64,000 nucleotides of DNA, taken from positions 5,408,001-5,472,000 of the forward strand of contig OZ244587.1 of the NCBI GenBank assembly GCA_965218095.1. The letters are read 5' to 3'. The notes beneath the pieces are model-generated. The model searched no databases, was not told the origin of the DNA, and saw only the letters and a list, made by a program, of their open reading frames with translations. This document shows positions 1 to 10,166 of the stretch, one piece after another (positions within the stretch are counted from its first letter, which is position 1; each line of letters begins with the position of its first letter). Position numbers and translations under genes: made by a program. Origin of the DNA: Candidatus Poribacteria bacterium. Its GTDB lineage: Bacteria; Poribacteria; WGA-4E; PCPOR2b.

Positions 1-1
1 G

Positions 2-580
2 TTTGAGGTAAGATCCGTCAAGCCCCCTGATGTCACAGAGATGAAAGACATCAAGCCTCCCTTTCCTGCCCCCCACAGTCTGCTCCCTTACATTTTAGCG
101 ACGCTGCTGATCATCATGGTCGTCGGTGGACTAATCTTTTTCTATGTCCGCAAACGAGCTAAACCCATCCATCCACAGCCCGAAGTGCAGCCCCAACGTC
201 CGTCTCACGAGATTGCTTATGAGCAACTCAACCGGATCGAAGCGTTAAACCTCATCGCACAGAGCAAAATGAAGGTATACCACACCGAAATCTCTCAAGC
301 CATCCGTCAGTATATCGCTGTGCGATACAATATCCCTGCGCTTGAACTAACCACCGAAGATTTGCTAGTCTGTTTGGGTCACGAAGATATTCAGGATGAG
401 CATCTGAGCCTCATCCAAGACTTTTTCGCCAATTGCGATGTGGTCAAGTTTGCCAGGTATCACCCGACTAAGCCAGAAGCACATGAGCGGATGGATGAGG
501 CGCGTCGGATTGTCGATGCAACAAAGGAGTTGTGGGAGGATAAGTGTGCAGGGCAAGAAGACGAGGAGGGTGAAACTTGA
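2..580 (+). CDS. BatD-associated/DUF4381-like membrane protein, 5'-truncated by window edge
   Basis: Frame is open from nt 2 upstream of the ATG at 41; DIKPP motif, one TM helix, then 'ALELTT..L' and 'D.VKFA' helical domain typical of this family. Confidence 0.6.
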   Translation, partial: FEVRSVKPPDVTEMKDIKPPFPAPHSLLPYILATLLIIMVVGGLIFFYVRKRAKPIHPQPEVQPQRPSHEIAYEQLNRIEALNLIAQSKMKVYHTEISQAIRQYIAVRYNIPALELTTEDLLVCLGHEDIQDEHLSLIQDFFANCDVVKFARYHPTKPEAHERMDEARRIVDATKELWEDKCAGQEDEEGET

Positions 581-686
581 TGCGTAAAAAGACTGAAAGA
601 ATGCAATGAGGCCTGAATCCTTTCATAGATCTGAACAGTACAAGGCAACGCAAAGAATTGAAACGCCAATAGGATCGGATGATGTT

Positions 687-914
687 CTATCACTAAACCT
701 GTGAGAAATCTACGCCGTGATTTTCTCGTGCCATGAAAACGAAAAAATGAAACCCCGATAGATCGGGGCAGAGCCTGGTTTCGCGCAGCGGACTCCGATT
801 CTCGAACTCTCGGAACGGAGCTGTGATGCGTGAAACGTGATGCCTCCTACGCAATACGTTCTCGGCTGATGAAAGCATTACCGCCGGCGGATTTTCTCGC
901 ACATTTAGTGATAG
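687..914. mobile_element. MITE-like element
   Basis: 11-bp inverted ends CTATCACTAAA (687-697) / TTTAGTGATAG (904-914) with imperfect extension; internal CCCCGATAGATCGGGG palindrome and heptamer repeats. Confidence 0.45.
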
Positions 915-1007
915 ACATGCGTGTGGACTTCTCGCATCCATTGTGATGGAGGAATTAGACCTCATTGGGGAGCAAAGGGGATGAACCATCCCGGCGGCTC
1001 GTTGACC

Positions 1008-1640
1008 CTACCCTTTGCTCGGTTGATAGTAGGGATTCGTGCCAGCCACATGGTCAGTTGTGTCGATAATATTATTGATTTCAGGGAAGTGTTCCTGGAT
1101 CATCGCCTCGATTCCATGCTTCAAAGTGACATCTGCCATTCCACACCCCTGGCAGCCGCCCCCCATGTGGATGTAAATCGAGTCATCTGAAACGTCCAGC
1201 AGATCGATATGCCCACCGTGAGCCGCAACAGCAGGATTAATCCGGTCGTCGATGAGCTGCTGAATTGCTTGCGCTTTGGGATTATCCCAGGTCGGTGTGT
1301 TGGGATTATCAATATTAAAACCACTTGAGTTGAGGTCTTCAATATAGTCAACGGTTGCGCCCTTGAGATTTTCAGCGCTTTCCGGATCGACAAAGACTTT
1401 GAATTCGCCACAGTCGATCACGACATCGTCCGGGGAAGGTTCTATCTCAAGACCGAGACCGTACTCAAACGCTGATGCCGCGCGCCCGCTAATGCTAACT
1501 CGCAGCCCCTGAACTTCTATCTCCTGCTCCTCGATCACCGATTGAATCTTTTGTTCAGCAGCTTCGGTGACTGTAAGTAGCGGGCCCTCCTGACCTGTTT
1601 CGGGTTGTTTTGCCTTTAGTTTATTCAGTAGGTTTCTCAT
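1008..1640 (-). CDS. nfuA: Fe-S cluster biogenesis protein NfuA (degenerate A-type domain + NifU-C domain)
   Basis: N-terminal HesB-like domain; C-terminal 'INPAVAAHGG...GGGCQGC' CxxC motif. Confidence 0.9.
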   Translation of the reverse strand: MRNLLNKLKAKQPETGQEGPLLTVTEAAEQKIQSVIEEQEIEVQGLRVSISGRAASAFEYGLGLEIEPSPDDVVIDCGEFKVFVDPESAENLKGATVDYIEDLNSSGFNIDNPNTPTWDNPKAQAIQQLIDDRINPAVAAHGGHIDLLDVSDDSIYIHMGGGCQGCGMADVTLKHGIEAMIQEHFPEINNIIDTTDHVAGTNPYYQPSKG

Positions 1641-1763
1641 AATCTTGCAGCAATCGCGGAAGGATGCTGCTGCCTCCTTTTGGTTTCAAGAATGGATTTG
1701 ATCTAGATTATAATCGGCGGGGTTTTAATCTGTCAGTGAACGGTTCAATGCGAAAAGGTCCTA

Positions 1764-2744
1764 CTACGCAGCCGGACGACTTGTGTGTTCCTTCGGAATA
1801 CGGAATTCGCCCGTTTCATCGTACAGCCGTTTTAGCCGATCAATTGCCTCAATTTCCAATTGTCGGATTCGCTCCCTTGTAACGTCCAGTTTCTCCCCAA
1901 TTTCACGCAGCGTTTTTTCTTCACCATCTTCAAGCCCAAAGCGCATCTTGAGGACTTCTTGCTCTCTCATTTTCAGTTTACTGAGCAGCGTATTCACTAA
2001 ATCCTGTTCAACCAAATCCACAATGGAACCGACTTCCGGGTTCGCTTGCGGGTCTTCAACCAGATCGCTCAGGGTCATGGCGCTTTTTTCATCGTTAAGC
2101 GGTAACTCAAGCGAGATCGTATCCGAATTGAGCGCCAAAATCTCTTCGATCTGTTTGTCAGTGAGTTCGAGCGCTTCCGATAGCTCTTCAATTGTTGGTT
2201 CGCGATGGAGGTCTTGGCTGAGGTGTGCATAAGCCGAATCGAATTTGCTGACTTTCGCAACGATGTATGATGGCAGACGGATTGAACGCGAGCAATTGTC
2301 GAGCGTCCTCATAATCGCCTGTCGAATCCACCAAATGGCGTAGGTGCTAAACTTAAATCCCTTTCGATAGTCAAATTTACTCGTAGCCCGCATCAACCCG
2401 ATATTTCCTTCCTGGATGAGATCCTCAAGCGGGACATTATGTCCTTGATACTTTGTTGCAACTGAAACCACTAAACGTAAGTTCGCCTGGACCAATTCAT
2501 CACGCGCACGCTCATCCCCTCGTTCAATTCGCTTGGCAAGCTTCACTTCTTGCTCCCTGGACAAAAGCCCGTGCTGTGAAACCGTATGTAGCCAACTACT
2601 TAAAGCATCGATTTGGAGCGTTGGCGTATCGTCGTCTAGCGACGTGAACCACTCTTCCCCGCCCGGATACATTTCCCTATCTTCCATCGGCGCTTCAACG
2701 ATTTCTTGATTTAGTGTTTCATCAAGCGTTTCATCTGCTGTCAT
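1764..2744 (-). CDS. RNA polymerase sigma-70 factor, RpoD/RpoS-like, no region 1.1
   Basis: 'ANLRLVVSVA', 'DLIQEGNIGLM', 'GFKFSTYAIWWIRQ', 'VTRERIRQLE'. Confidence 0.95.
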   Translation of the reverse strand: MTADETLDETLNQEIVEAPMEDREMYPGGEEWFTSLDDDTPTLQIDALSSWLHTVSQHGLLSREQEVKLAKRIERGDERARDELVQANLRLVVSVATKYQGHNVPLEDLIQEGNIGLMRATSKFDYRKGFKFSTYAIWWIRQAIMRTLDNCSRSIRLPSYIVAKVSKFDSAYAHLSQDLHREPTIEELSEALELTDKQIEEILALNSDTISLELPLNDEKSAMTLSDLVEDPQANPEVGSIVDLVEQDLVNTLLSKLKMREQEVLKMRFGLEDGEEKTLREIGEKLDVTRERIRQLEIEAIDRLKRLYDETGEFRIPKEHTSRPAA

Positions 2745-2827
2745 TTGCCTCGATCTCCTGAAAGTCTGTGAAATTCCTGTGCCATAGCAAGATTTAGCAT
2801 AGAATTGATGTTATGAAAAATCGGTGG

Positions 2828-2915
2828 AATAATAACATTATATTTTAAGTTTTGTCAAGTAAATAACTTAAAAAACCTATTTTGACTTGTAAATGCGTTA
2901 TTTTTCTGATATAAT
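2828..2915. promoter_or_regulatory. Divergent sigma70-type promoters with candidate operator inverted repeat
   Basis: Minus strand TTGACA-18-TATTAT with TG extension; plus strand TTGTAA(2887)-17-TATAAT(2910) with TG extension; IR TTTTAAGTT-N13-AACTTAAAA at 2843-2873. Confidence 0.55.
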
Positions 2916-2943
2916 TGGCGGGATCATCGGGGAAGGTAAAAAT

Positions 2944-3594
2944 ATGAAATCGCTACCTAAAGATACACGCGGAGAAATCGTCGATCTTCTGAAACAAAGC
3001 ACGGGTATGACTGCCGGTGAAATTGCTGGGGAATTGGATCTTCACTCCATGACTGTCCGCCAACATCTGTCTATTCTGGAACGGGAAGGCTATATTCAAC
3101 ACTGCCGTGAAAAAATCCGTCGAGGAAGACCCGTCTATGTATATAAACTCACCCGGGAAGCCAAGGAGAATCTATTTCCCAATAACTATCCACGATTTGC
3201 GCTGGGGGCCTTAGATGCCCTGGTTGTGATAGATGGAGCTGAGAAAGTCACCCAACTCCTTGAGTATCAGATGGAAGCTAAGATTGCGGCCTATTTCAAA
3301 AATATTGAGGGTAAGAGTTTAGCAGAAAAAATGAAAATACTCGCTGGGTTTTTGGATGAAGAAGGCTATGCGGTTGAGATTGAAGAAACACCGAATGCCT
3401 ATATCCTCAAAGAGCATAATTGTGCGCTCGATTCGATTGCAAAAGAATATCCCCAACTCTGTCACCTCGAATTATCACTGTTCAAGCGTTTACTCAATGT
3501 TCCGGTTGAACGAGAATGTCACATGCCTGCAGGTGATTCGCTTTGTAGTTATAAAGTCCTTAAAGTCAATACTGCCCAAGAATTAGGGGAATAG
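2944..3594 (+). CDS. SufR-like HTH transcriptional regulator
   Basis: N-terminal wHTH 'TVRQHL..LE..G', 'GRP'; C-terminal Cys set 'EHNC..', 'PQLC', 'GDSLC'. Confidence 0.8.
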   Translation: MKSLPKDTRGEIVDLLKQSTGMTAGEIAGELDLHSMTVRQHLSILEREGYIQHCREKIRRGRPVYVYKLTREAKENLFPNNYPRFALGALDALVVIDGAEKVTQLLEYQMEAKIAAYFKNIEGKSLAEKMKILAGFLDEEGYAVEIEETPNAYILKEHNCALDSIAKEYPQLCHLELSLFKRLLNVPVERECHMPAGDSLCSYKVLKVNTAQELGE

Positions 3595-3712
3595 GGTAGG
3601 TCATAGTGCAGACTTTATATTCACGAAGGAACGGATGAAATCTTCCTTCCATTCTTCCTTGCCTTCCGAACTCCCGTCAAGGATGATAGAAAAGTGACAT
3701 TCTGTTGCGATT

Positions 3713-4885
3713 TTATGTACTTAACGCTTTTTTAATCCGATCCAGCGCCTCGTCTAATCGCTCATCCGGCACGGTCAAGACAAGCCGAAAATACCCTTCT
3801 CCATACTCCCCGTAAGATGCTCCCGGCGCAATCACAACCGCCGCCTTTTCAAACATCAACGTTGCAAAATCAACAGAACTCATTCCATCAGGGGTTGGCA
3901 GCCAGAGGTAAAACGTCCCCTTTGGCAGTTCATAATTATCCCAGCCGAGTTTCTTAAAGGTGTCAAGGACTTTTTGACGGCGGCGGGCGTAGATGGGTAG
4001 CATTTTCTCAATGTTATACCGGCATTCTGTCAAAGCCACAATCCCGGCGTACTGAATCGCGTTGAAAATTCCTGAGTCGGTATTCCCTTTAACTTTTGCT
4101 ATCCCCGTGATGAGCTCCGCATTCCCCATCGCCATCCCAATTCGCCACCCTGTCATGTTGAACGGCTTGGATAGAGAATTGAGCTCAACGCCAACCTCCT
4201 TCGCTCCCGGTGTCGAAAGAAAACTCAATGGCTCTTCGCCATCAAAGACAATCTCGCTATAGGGATTATCATGACACACAGTGATGTCGTAAGTCCTGGC
4301 GAATTCAACCACTTCCGCGAAGAACTCGGGCGTTGCGGTCGCACCCGTTGGGTTATTGGGATGGTTCAGGAACATCGCTGTCGCCTGTTTGGCGACCTCC
4401 GACGGAATATCGGCGAGTTTGGGTAGGAAACCGTTTTCCTCCCTGATAGGAATATTGTAAGGCTCGCCCTCCGCCATGAAAATACTGGCGCGATATGCAG
4501 GATAGCCTGGGTCCGTCATCAGTACAGTTTCTCCGGGGTTCACAACAGCGAGAATAAAATGGTGGCAGCCTTCCTTGGATCCGATTAACCCAAGCACTTC
4601 ATCCTCCGGATCTAATTCAACGTTGTATCGTTGGGCATACCAATCCGCTACCGCCTTCCGAAATGCAAACATCCCTTTTTCTTCGTCCGTCGGGTAGCGG
4701 TGGTTTGCCGGGTCCGCTGCTGCCCGGCTGAGTTTGTCGATTACAGGCTGCGGTGTTGGCTCAACCGGATCGCCGATGGCGAGGCTGATGACGTCAATTC
4801 CATCAGCGATTGCCTGGTTAATTTTATTTCGGAGCTCAATAAATAGATAAGGTGGAATCCTCTTGAGTCTATTTGCAATCTGCAT
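3713..4885 (-). CDS. dapL: LL-diaminopimelate aminotransferase
   Basis: 'PPYLF', 'GSKEG', 'PNNPTG', 'SLSKPFNMTGWRIG', 'NTDSG'. Confidence 0.85.
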   Translation of the reverse strand: MQIANRLKRIPPYLFIELRNKINQAIADGIDVISLAIGDPVEPTPQPVIDKLSRAAADPANHRYPTDEEKGMFAFRKAVADWYAQRYNVELDPEDEVLGLIGSKEGCHHFILAVVNPGETVLMTDPGYPAYRASIFMAEGEPYNIPIREENGFLPKLADIPSEVAKQATAMFLNHPNNPTGATATPEFFAEVVEFARTYDITVCHDNPYSEIVFDGEEPLSFLSTPGAKEVGVELNSLSKPFNMTGWRIGMAMGNAELITGIAKVKGNTDSGIFNAIQYAGIVALTECRYNIEKMLPIYARRRQKVLDTFKKLGWDNYELPKGTFYLWLPTPDGMSSVDFATLMFEKAAVVIAPGASYGEYGEGYFRLVLTVPDERLDEALDRIKKALST

Positions 4886-4992
4886 CTTTTCTCCTAAAGT
4901 CTTACAGTCTTTTTAACCAAAAAGCAACGTTTGATAACGTCCTTGAAAATCGGGGACATTGTATCAGAAACGTCGTTTATTTGCAAGTGTTT

Positions 4993-5727
4993 TCAAGATG
5001 ACATGAACATTCCCCCGTTGACATTGAGCGTTACCCCAGTCACATATGAACCTTCATCGGAAGCAAGGAATAGGATGGCATTTGCGACTTCCACTGATTC
5101 AGCGACTCGACCAAGCGGCATCTGCGCTGTCAGGTTAGGATGATTCTTCGTCATATCCGTTTCGGCAACGCCGGGAGCGATTGCGTTGACCGTGATGCCG
5201 TATGGTCCCAAGGCACGGGCACACGACTTGGTTAAACACATAACCCCTGCTTTGGAGGCAGAATACGGCGGAGATGCAACAAGCCCGCCCACTTGGCCCG
5301 CCAGGGAACCGAGATTGATAATCCTGCCGGACTTCTGCTCTTTCATCGTTTTCATTACAGCCTGCGAACAGAGGAAGGGGCCCTTGAGGTTGACGGCCAT
5401 CATTCGATCCCATTCTTCTTCGGTACAATCTTCGATCTGGGTGTAGGTAAAGATCCCCGCATTATTGACCAGAATATCAATCCGCCCAAAGGTGTCAAGG
5501 GTTTGTGCAACCATGGAACGGACAGAATCGCTGTTAGAGACATCGGTTTGGATGGCAAAACTCCGCACCCCAAGCGCTTCGACCTCCGCCCCAACCCCTT
5601 CAGCGGTCGTCGGGTTATGTTCTGCAATAACGATGTTTGCGCCTTCCCTTGCGAAAACAAGGCAGGTTTGTCGCCCGATGCCTTGTCCGCCGCCTGTCAC
5701 AATTGCAACCCGATCTTTTAGTCTCAT
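4993..5727 (-). CDS. SDR family oxidoreductase (FabG-like)
   Basis: TGGGQGIG, NNAG, YSASK. Confidence 0.9.
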   Translation of the reverse strand: MRLKDRVAIVTGGGQGIGRQTCLVFAREGANIVIAEHNPTTAEGVGAEVEALGVRSFAIQTDVSNSDSVRSMVAQTLDTFGRIDILVNNAGIFTYTQIEDCTEEEWDRMMAVNLKGPFLCSQAVMKTMKEQKSGRIINLGSLAGQVGGLVASPPYSASKAGVMCLTKSCARALGPYGITVNAIAPGVAETDMTKNHPNLTAQMPLGRVAESVEVANAILFLASDEGSYVTGVTLNVNGGMFMSS

Positions 5728-5878
5728 TGTGCTTCCTCCTCTGTAAACCATTTTTTGTGTTGAGAATCCCAAAGGCTTGTGATAGAATACAACTACGCTG
5801 GATACCTATTATCGCAAAAAGCATCGGATAAATCAACATCAAATGAGGTTTCACGGCATTCCATCATGGAGGATTGTC

Positions 5879-6262
5879 ATGCCACAAAAAAGAATCAAAA
5901 TTACCGCTGAACCTGTTGTCATGGAAGCTGAACTAAACCAATCACAAACAACCCAGAAAATCTGGGATGCGCTGCCGATTGAAGCGCGTGGCAGTAGATG
6001 GGGAGATGAAATCTACTTCTCCATCCCTGTGGAAGCGGAGGCTGAGAACACACAGGAAGTGGTAGAATTGGGCGATCTCGCCTATTGGCCCGCCGGCACA
6101 GCGTTCTGTATTTTCTTTGGACCAACCCCGATGAGCCGAGGGGATGAAATTTGTCCCGCGAGTCCGGTCAACGTAGTCGGCAAGTTGGTCGGCGATCCAA
6201 AGGCGTTTAAACAGGTCAAAAGTGAAAGCGTTGTAAAAATCGAACAAGTTTCTGGTGAATAG
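5879..6262 (+). CDS. Cyclophilin-like fold protein (TM1367/DUF369-like)
   Basis: 'WGDEIYF', 'GDLAYWPAG.AFCIFFGPTP'. Confidence 0.8.
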   Translation: MPQKRIKITAEPVVMEAELNQSQTTQKIWDALPIEARGSRWGDEIYFSIPVEAEAENTQEVVELGDLAYWPAGTAFCIFFGPTPMSRGDEICPASPVNVVGKLVGDPKAFKQVKSESVVKIEQVSGE

Positions 6263-6318
6263 CAAAGCACGAAGAATTTTACGCTTCACGCATCACTCGC
6301 TAAACTTATACTCAGGAG

Positions 6319-6957
6319 GTGAACTTTATGCCACTTAGTGAAGAAGAAAAACAGGCTCTGAAAGAGAAATATAAAGAACAGCGTCAGGCAATGTGGGCGG
6401 GAGAACGTTCTACGCTACGTCCTTCAAGTGAAGATCCGGAGGAGGAATCAGACAACCAAGCAGAGCCTGTGATTTCTTCTCGCCGCGAGGCGGACGATGT
6501 AACGCTCCCAACCGATACTATGTCATCAGACTCGCAAGCTGATCCTTCACTGACAGAAGCGGCTCAGGAGCGGCCGAGCATTCAATCCGATTCGCATGCA
6601 GAAGAACAAGCGCCCGCATCCAATCTCGCGCAAGGCACCGGCGATGAGGAAAATGCTTCCCAAGCACAACAGGCGGTGGTGTCAGAAGATCCCTCGCCAA
6701 CACCCGATGAAGCTGACCGCATCAGAGAGAAGATTCGGGAGCAGAGAGAGGGGATGTGGGAGGGACAATCTTCTGTCCACTCACGTCGTACGAGAGAGCA
6801 GGGTACAGCGAGTGAAGGTGAGAGGGAATTCTGGGAAGAATCAGAGAATAAAGGAAAACCGAGTGTGTTGACATGGAAACTCGCGTTAGGCGTTGTTGGC
6901 GGAGTCATTGTCCTGATCGGTGTGGGAGTTTTGCTAGGATATTGGTTCGCCAGTTAA
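6319..6957 (+). CDS. Hypothetical acidic low-complexity protein with C-terminal TM anchor
   Basis: RBS AGGAG upstream; repeated 'EQR..MW.G' motif; hydrophobic C-terminus. Confidence 0.7.
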   Translation: MNFMPLSEEEKQALKEKYKEQRQAMWAGERSTLRPSSEDPEEESDNQAEPVISSRREADDVTLPTDTMSSDSQADPSLTEAAQERPSIQSDSHAEEQAPASNLAQGTGDEENASQAQQAVVSEDPSPTPDEADRIREKIREQREGMWEGQSSVHSRRTREQGTASEGEREFWEESENKGKPSVLTWKLALGVVGGVIVLIGVGVLLGYWFAS

Positions 6958-7104
6958 TCTCTCAACGCTCATTTCGTAGTTGTATACGAATGGAGATGCT
7001 GGTATTATGCGGAAAAGTCACGATCACAATCAACGAGCAAGTCTACGAAGGTCTACACCGGGTTATAGGCAGCCGTCATATCGGCGCGAGGAGGAACGAG
7101 AATT

Positions 7105-7541
7105 ATGGCATTATTGACAATTCAGACGACAAACGCCAAAGCCGCGGTACATCTTATTCAATCGGCTTTCACGAAAAAGGCTGCTTTCCTGTGTTTAGGA
7201 ATCGAAAAAACCAAAGCGCGGATTGCTCACTTTGAAGAAAAATATGGTTGTTCGTTGCAAGAATTAAGCAATTTTCAAAAAGAAAGTAATGGTTTGTAGT
7301 GAGGTCTCTAGCGTAGCGAGATCCCGTATAGCGGGACGATTCATCACCATCTCAAACGCGTAATTCATTGCGCTACTACAAACAGAATGTATAGTTTAAT
7401 CCTGAAAATTACTTAATCGCCTCCGCCACAGAAATCGACGGCTTTGATCTGGTGGAATGGGAAGGTAAAACCGAAGTCCTATGCCGTTTGAACGACAAGT
7501 TGAAACAGAACCGGTTGAAACTTTTCACGCTTACAGATTGA
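7105..7541 (+). pseudogene. Small antitoxin-like gene interrupted by a MITE
   Basis: Removing 7268-7416 restores ...FEEKYGCSLQELIASATEIDGFDLVEWEG... to the stop at 7539-7541. Confidence 0.65.
7264..7416. mobile_element. ~150-bp MITE with TTAA ends
   Basis: TIR TTAAGCAATTTTCA / TGAAAATTACTTAA (13/14); inner IR GTTTGTAGT/ACTACAAAC; right-end copy recurs at 37507-37570. Confidence 0.75.
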
Positions 7542-7656
7542 TGAATTGAAGATACATAATTTTAACTCAAGTCGCCACTTATAGGGTAGGCACCAACTTG
7601 GGTGAATGAGAGGTAAAGCGAGAAAATCACCGCTCGCAGAGGTTCGCTAGGTAAAC

Positions 7657-7684
7657 GTAGGGAACGCAGATCTGCGTTCCCTAC
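7657..7684. repeat. REP-like palindrome
   Basis: GTAGGGAACGCAGATCTGCGTTCCCTAC. Confidence 0.7.
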
Positions 7685-8149
7685 CGTGCGCTCACCCCAA
7701 GTGGATTGACAAATCCACTACACATGCACAGAGATGGCTTGGATATGTCTATCCAAGCCGAGCGGGGGTAATAAATAGCACGCAACGCAGCACACCAAAA
7801 AAGATGCAAAATACTCTAATTTCCAATAGGTAGCAACTTAGGTTAATTTTATTGGTTTTCCACTAAGGATGAGAAAACCAGTCCTGATAGAATCGGGACA
7901 CAAAGTATCAGGGTTAATTTCCTGTAGTTGGGGTTATGGCGTCCAAATACCTGACACGGTGGCATTACATTGCTTGGTGAATTGAACCAGATACTTTCGC
8001 CCCGCGTTCCGGGTATCTTGTCAAATTCAATTGGCACTTGTGTAAGTCTGTCCCGATATAATCGGGAAATTCAAGAATCTCAATGCTTTAGCTTTGGGAG
8101 TATGTCAAAGGCCAGTCGTGTACTTATCGAGAAGGGGCAGATAGATTTC

Positions 8150-8608
8150 ATGAAATCTTTATTCCACACGCTCAGCAAAACAGCTATCCTATTGGTTTGG
8201 CTATTCATCAGCATTTTCGCAAGCCAGGGATCGCTGCCGACCATGGTGCTTTGCATCGGTGCAGATGGTCATGTGGACATCGAAGCGGCGCACAATAGAC
8301 GGTGCGCTTCTTTTCTGACAGCGATGCAGCAGAAATCTTCCGATTTCCTGCCGGTGTATCAGACACCCCCGATTCAGGCTCACTGCGGGCGATGTTTAGA
8401 CTTGCCTATTTTTATGTTGAGTGCTGAGGGACCGTATATTGTTCCGATCCAAAAGAACGCACCGCAGTTTAACACACTGGTGATTACGCTGCTCCCAGTC
8501 ACTCAACTCATTTTAACTTCAATCCCAACTGATATTTCCCTTCCCAATTCCCAACCAAGAGCCAATTCCACACTCGCTTCCCTTCGTACCGTTACCCTTC
8601 TGATCTAG
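8150..8608 (+). CDS. Hypothetical exported Cys/His protein upstream of czcCBA
   Basis: Signal-like N-terminus, 'VLCIGADGH', 'HCGRCLD', C-terminal 'LRTVTLLI'; typical of small genes preceding metal RND operons. Confidence 0.6.
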   Translation: MKSLFHTLSKTAILLVWLFISIFASQGSLPTMVLCIGADGHVDIEAAHNRRCASFLTAMQQKSSDFLPVYQTPPIQAHCGRCLDLPIFMLSAEGPYIVPIQKNAPQFNTLVITLLPVTQLILTSIPTDISLPNSQPRANSTLASLRTVTLLI

Positions 8609-8716
8609 ATCTTCCGAAATTCACGACAGATTCTAAAGTACGGGTGAATTGTACCTGTATGTTGTTCAATTCGTAAACTCACCCAATATTTCATTGCATG
8701 TATTTCGGAGGAGGCT

Positions 8717-10069
8717 ATGCGACAAAAAACCATCATGCCCCTTGGCATCACGCTGCTGATTTTACTCATCGGCTGCGGTGGTCACCAAGCGGATGTGGCT
8801 TGGCAAGAAGCCCGTCCTTTGGGCAGAGACCTAACAACCTCAAAACCCTCAATTCACCCCCCAACGGCTGAAAAATCGCCCCAATTCCAAGAGCCAACGG
8901 GGACAACTAATCTACGCCAAGCCCTCGCGCTGGCACTGACGCACAATCCCGACTTGAAAGCCTTCTCTTGGGCTGTCCGTGCCGGAGAAGCCAAAACACT
9001 CCAAGCCGGACTTCGTCCGAACCCGGAGTTAGAAACTAAAATCAAGGAATTCGGTGGGTCGGGTGCCCTTAGCGGTTTCAGCGCAATTGAAACAGCGATT
9101 CAACTCAGCACCCTGATTGAACTCGGTGGGGTGCGCGGCAAACAGAGACAGGTCGCTGCCCTTGAGACGGAACTCGCCGGTTGGGACTACGAAACGGCGC
9201 GTCTCGATGTGCTGACCCAAGTGAACCAAGCCTTCATTGATGTTCTTGCGGCACAAGAGGCGGTCGCTTTGAACGAGGAATTGGTTCGACTGGCGGAACA
9301 GGTTTTCAACACCGTCAAGGCACAGATCGAGGCGGGAAAGGTTTCGCCTGTTGAAGGCACACGAGCTCAAGTTGAACTTGTAAACAGTCGAATAGTCCTT
9401 GAGGGTTCAAGACACGGGCTTGAGGCGGCACGTTTTGCGTTGGCTGCCACTTGGGGGAGCACATCACCAACATTTGAAAGGGTAGAAGGTCAGCTTGAAA
9501 TGACTAACCCCATTCCAACAGCCGGACAGTTGGCAAATCGGCTTTCGCAGCACCCGAACATCGCACGTTGGACGGTTGAGATGGCGCACCGTCGTGCGGT
9601 GATTAAGCTGGAAAAATCAGGGTGCCTCCCTGACCTGTCCATCGGTAGTGGGATGAAGTACCTCAACGAGAGCGATGATGTCGCATTTATCTTCGGGTTA
9701 TCCCTTCCGCTCCCACTTTTTGATCGGAATCAAGGGGCGATTCGTGAAGCTGAATACAACCTCGCAAAGGCGTTTGAGGAACGTAAATCGGCGGAAGTTG
9801 CCGTTCGCACGGCACTCGCGACTGTGTATGGTGTGCTCTCTGCCGCCGCAACTACCGTCACGGTCCTAGAAGACGAAGTGTTGCCGAGTGCGCAAAGTGC
9901 GTTCGATGCCGTAACCGAAGGGTATCGTATCGGCAAATTCGACTTTTTGGAAATGCTCGATGCCCAACGAACCCTCTTTGATGTGAGAGGTTCGTACATC
10001 GATGCTTTGACGAAATACCACAAAGCCGTTGCCGACGTGGAACGGTTGATTGGAGAACCCCTTCGATGA
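8717..10069 (+). CDS. czcC: TolC-family outer membrane efflux protein (CzcC-like)
   Basis: Lipobox LIGC; 'NPEL', 'PLPLFDRNQG', 'GKFDFLEMLDAQR'. Confidence 0.85.
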   Translation: MRQKTIMPLGITLLILLIGCGGHQADVAWQEARPLGRDLTTSKPSIHPPTAEKSPQFQEPTGTTNLRQALALALTHNPDLKAFSWAVRAGEAKTLQAGLRPNPELETKIKEFGGSGALSGFSAIETAIQLSTLIELGGVRGKQRQVAALETELAGWDYETARLDVLTQVNQAFIDVLAAQEAVALNEELVRLAEQVFNTVKAQIEAGKVSPVEGTRAQVELVNSRIVLEGSRHGLEAARFALAATWGSTSPTFERVEGQLEMTNPIPTAGQLANRLSQHPNIARWTVEMAHRRAVIKLEKSGCLPDLSIGSGMKYLNESDDVAFIFGLSLPLPLFDRNQGAIREAEYNLAKAFEERKSAEVAVRTALATVYGVLSAAATTVTVLEDEVLPSAQSAFDAVTEGYRIGKFDFLEMLDAQRTLFDVRGSYIDALTKYHKAVADVERLIGEPLR

Positions 10070-10166
10070 GTAGGTGGGGGAGCGAGTACAGGAGGTAGAC
10101 GTTTGGGTTACTTACACAGATACACCCCGATTCGAACACTCTCATATTTTCAAAGGAGATGATTTG

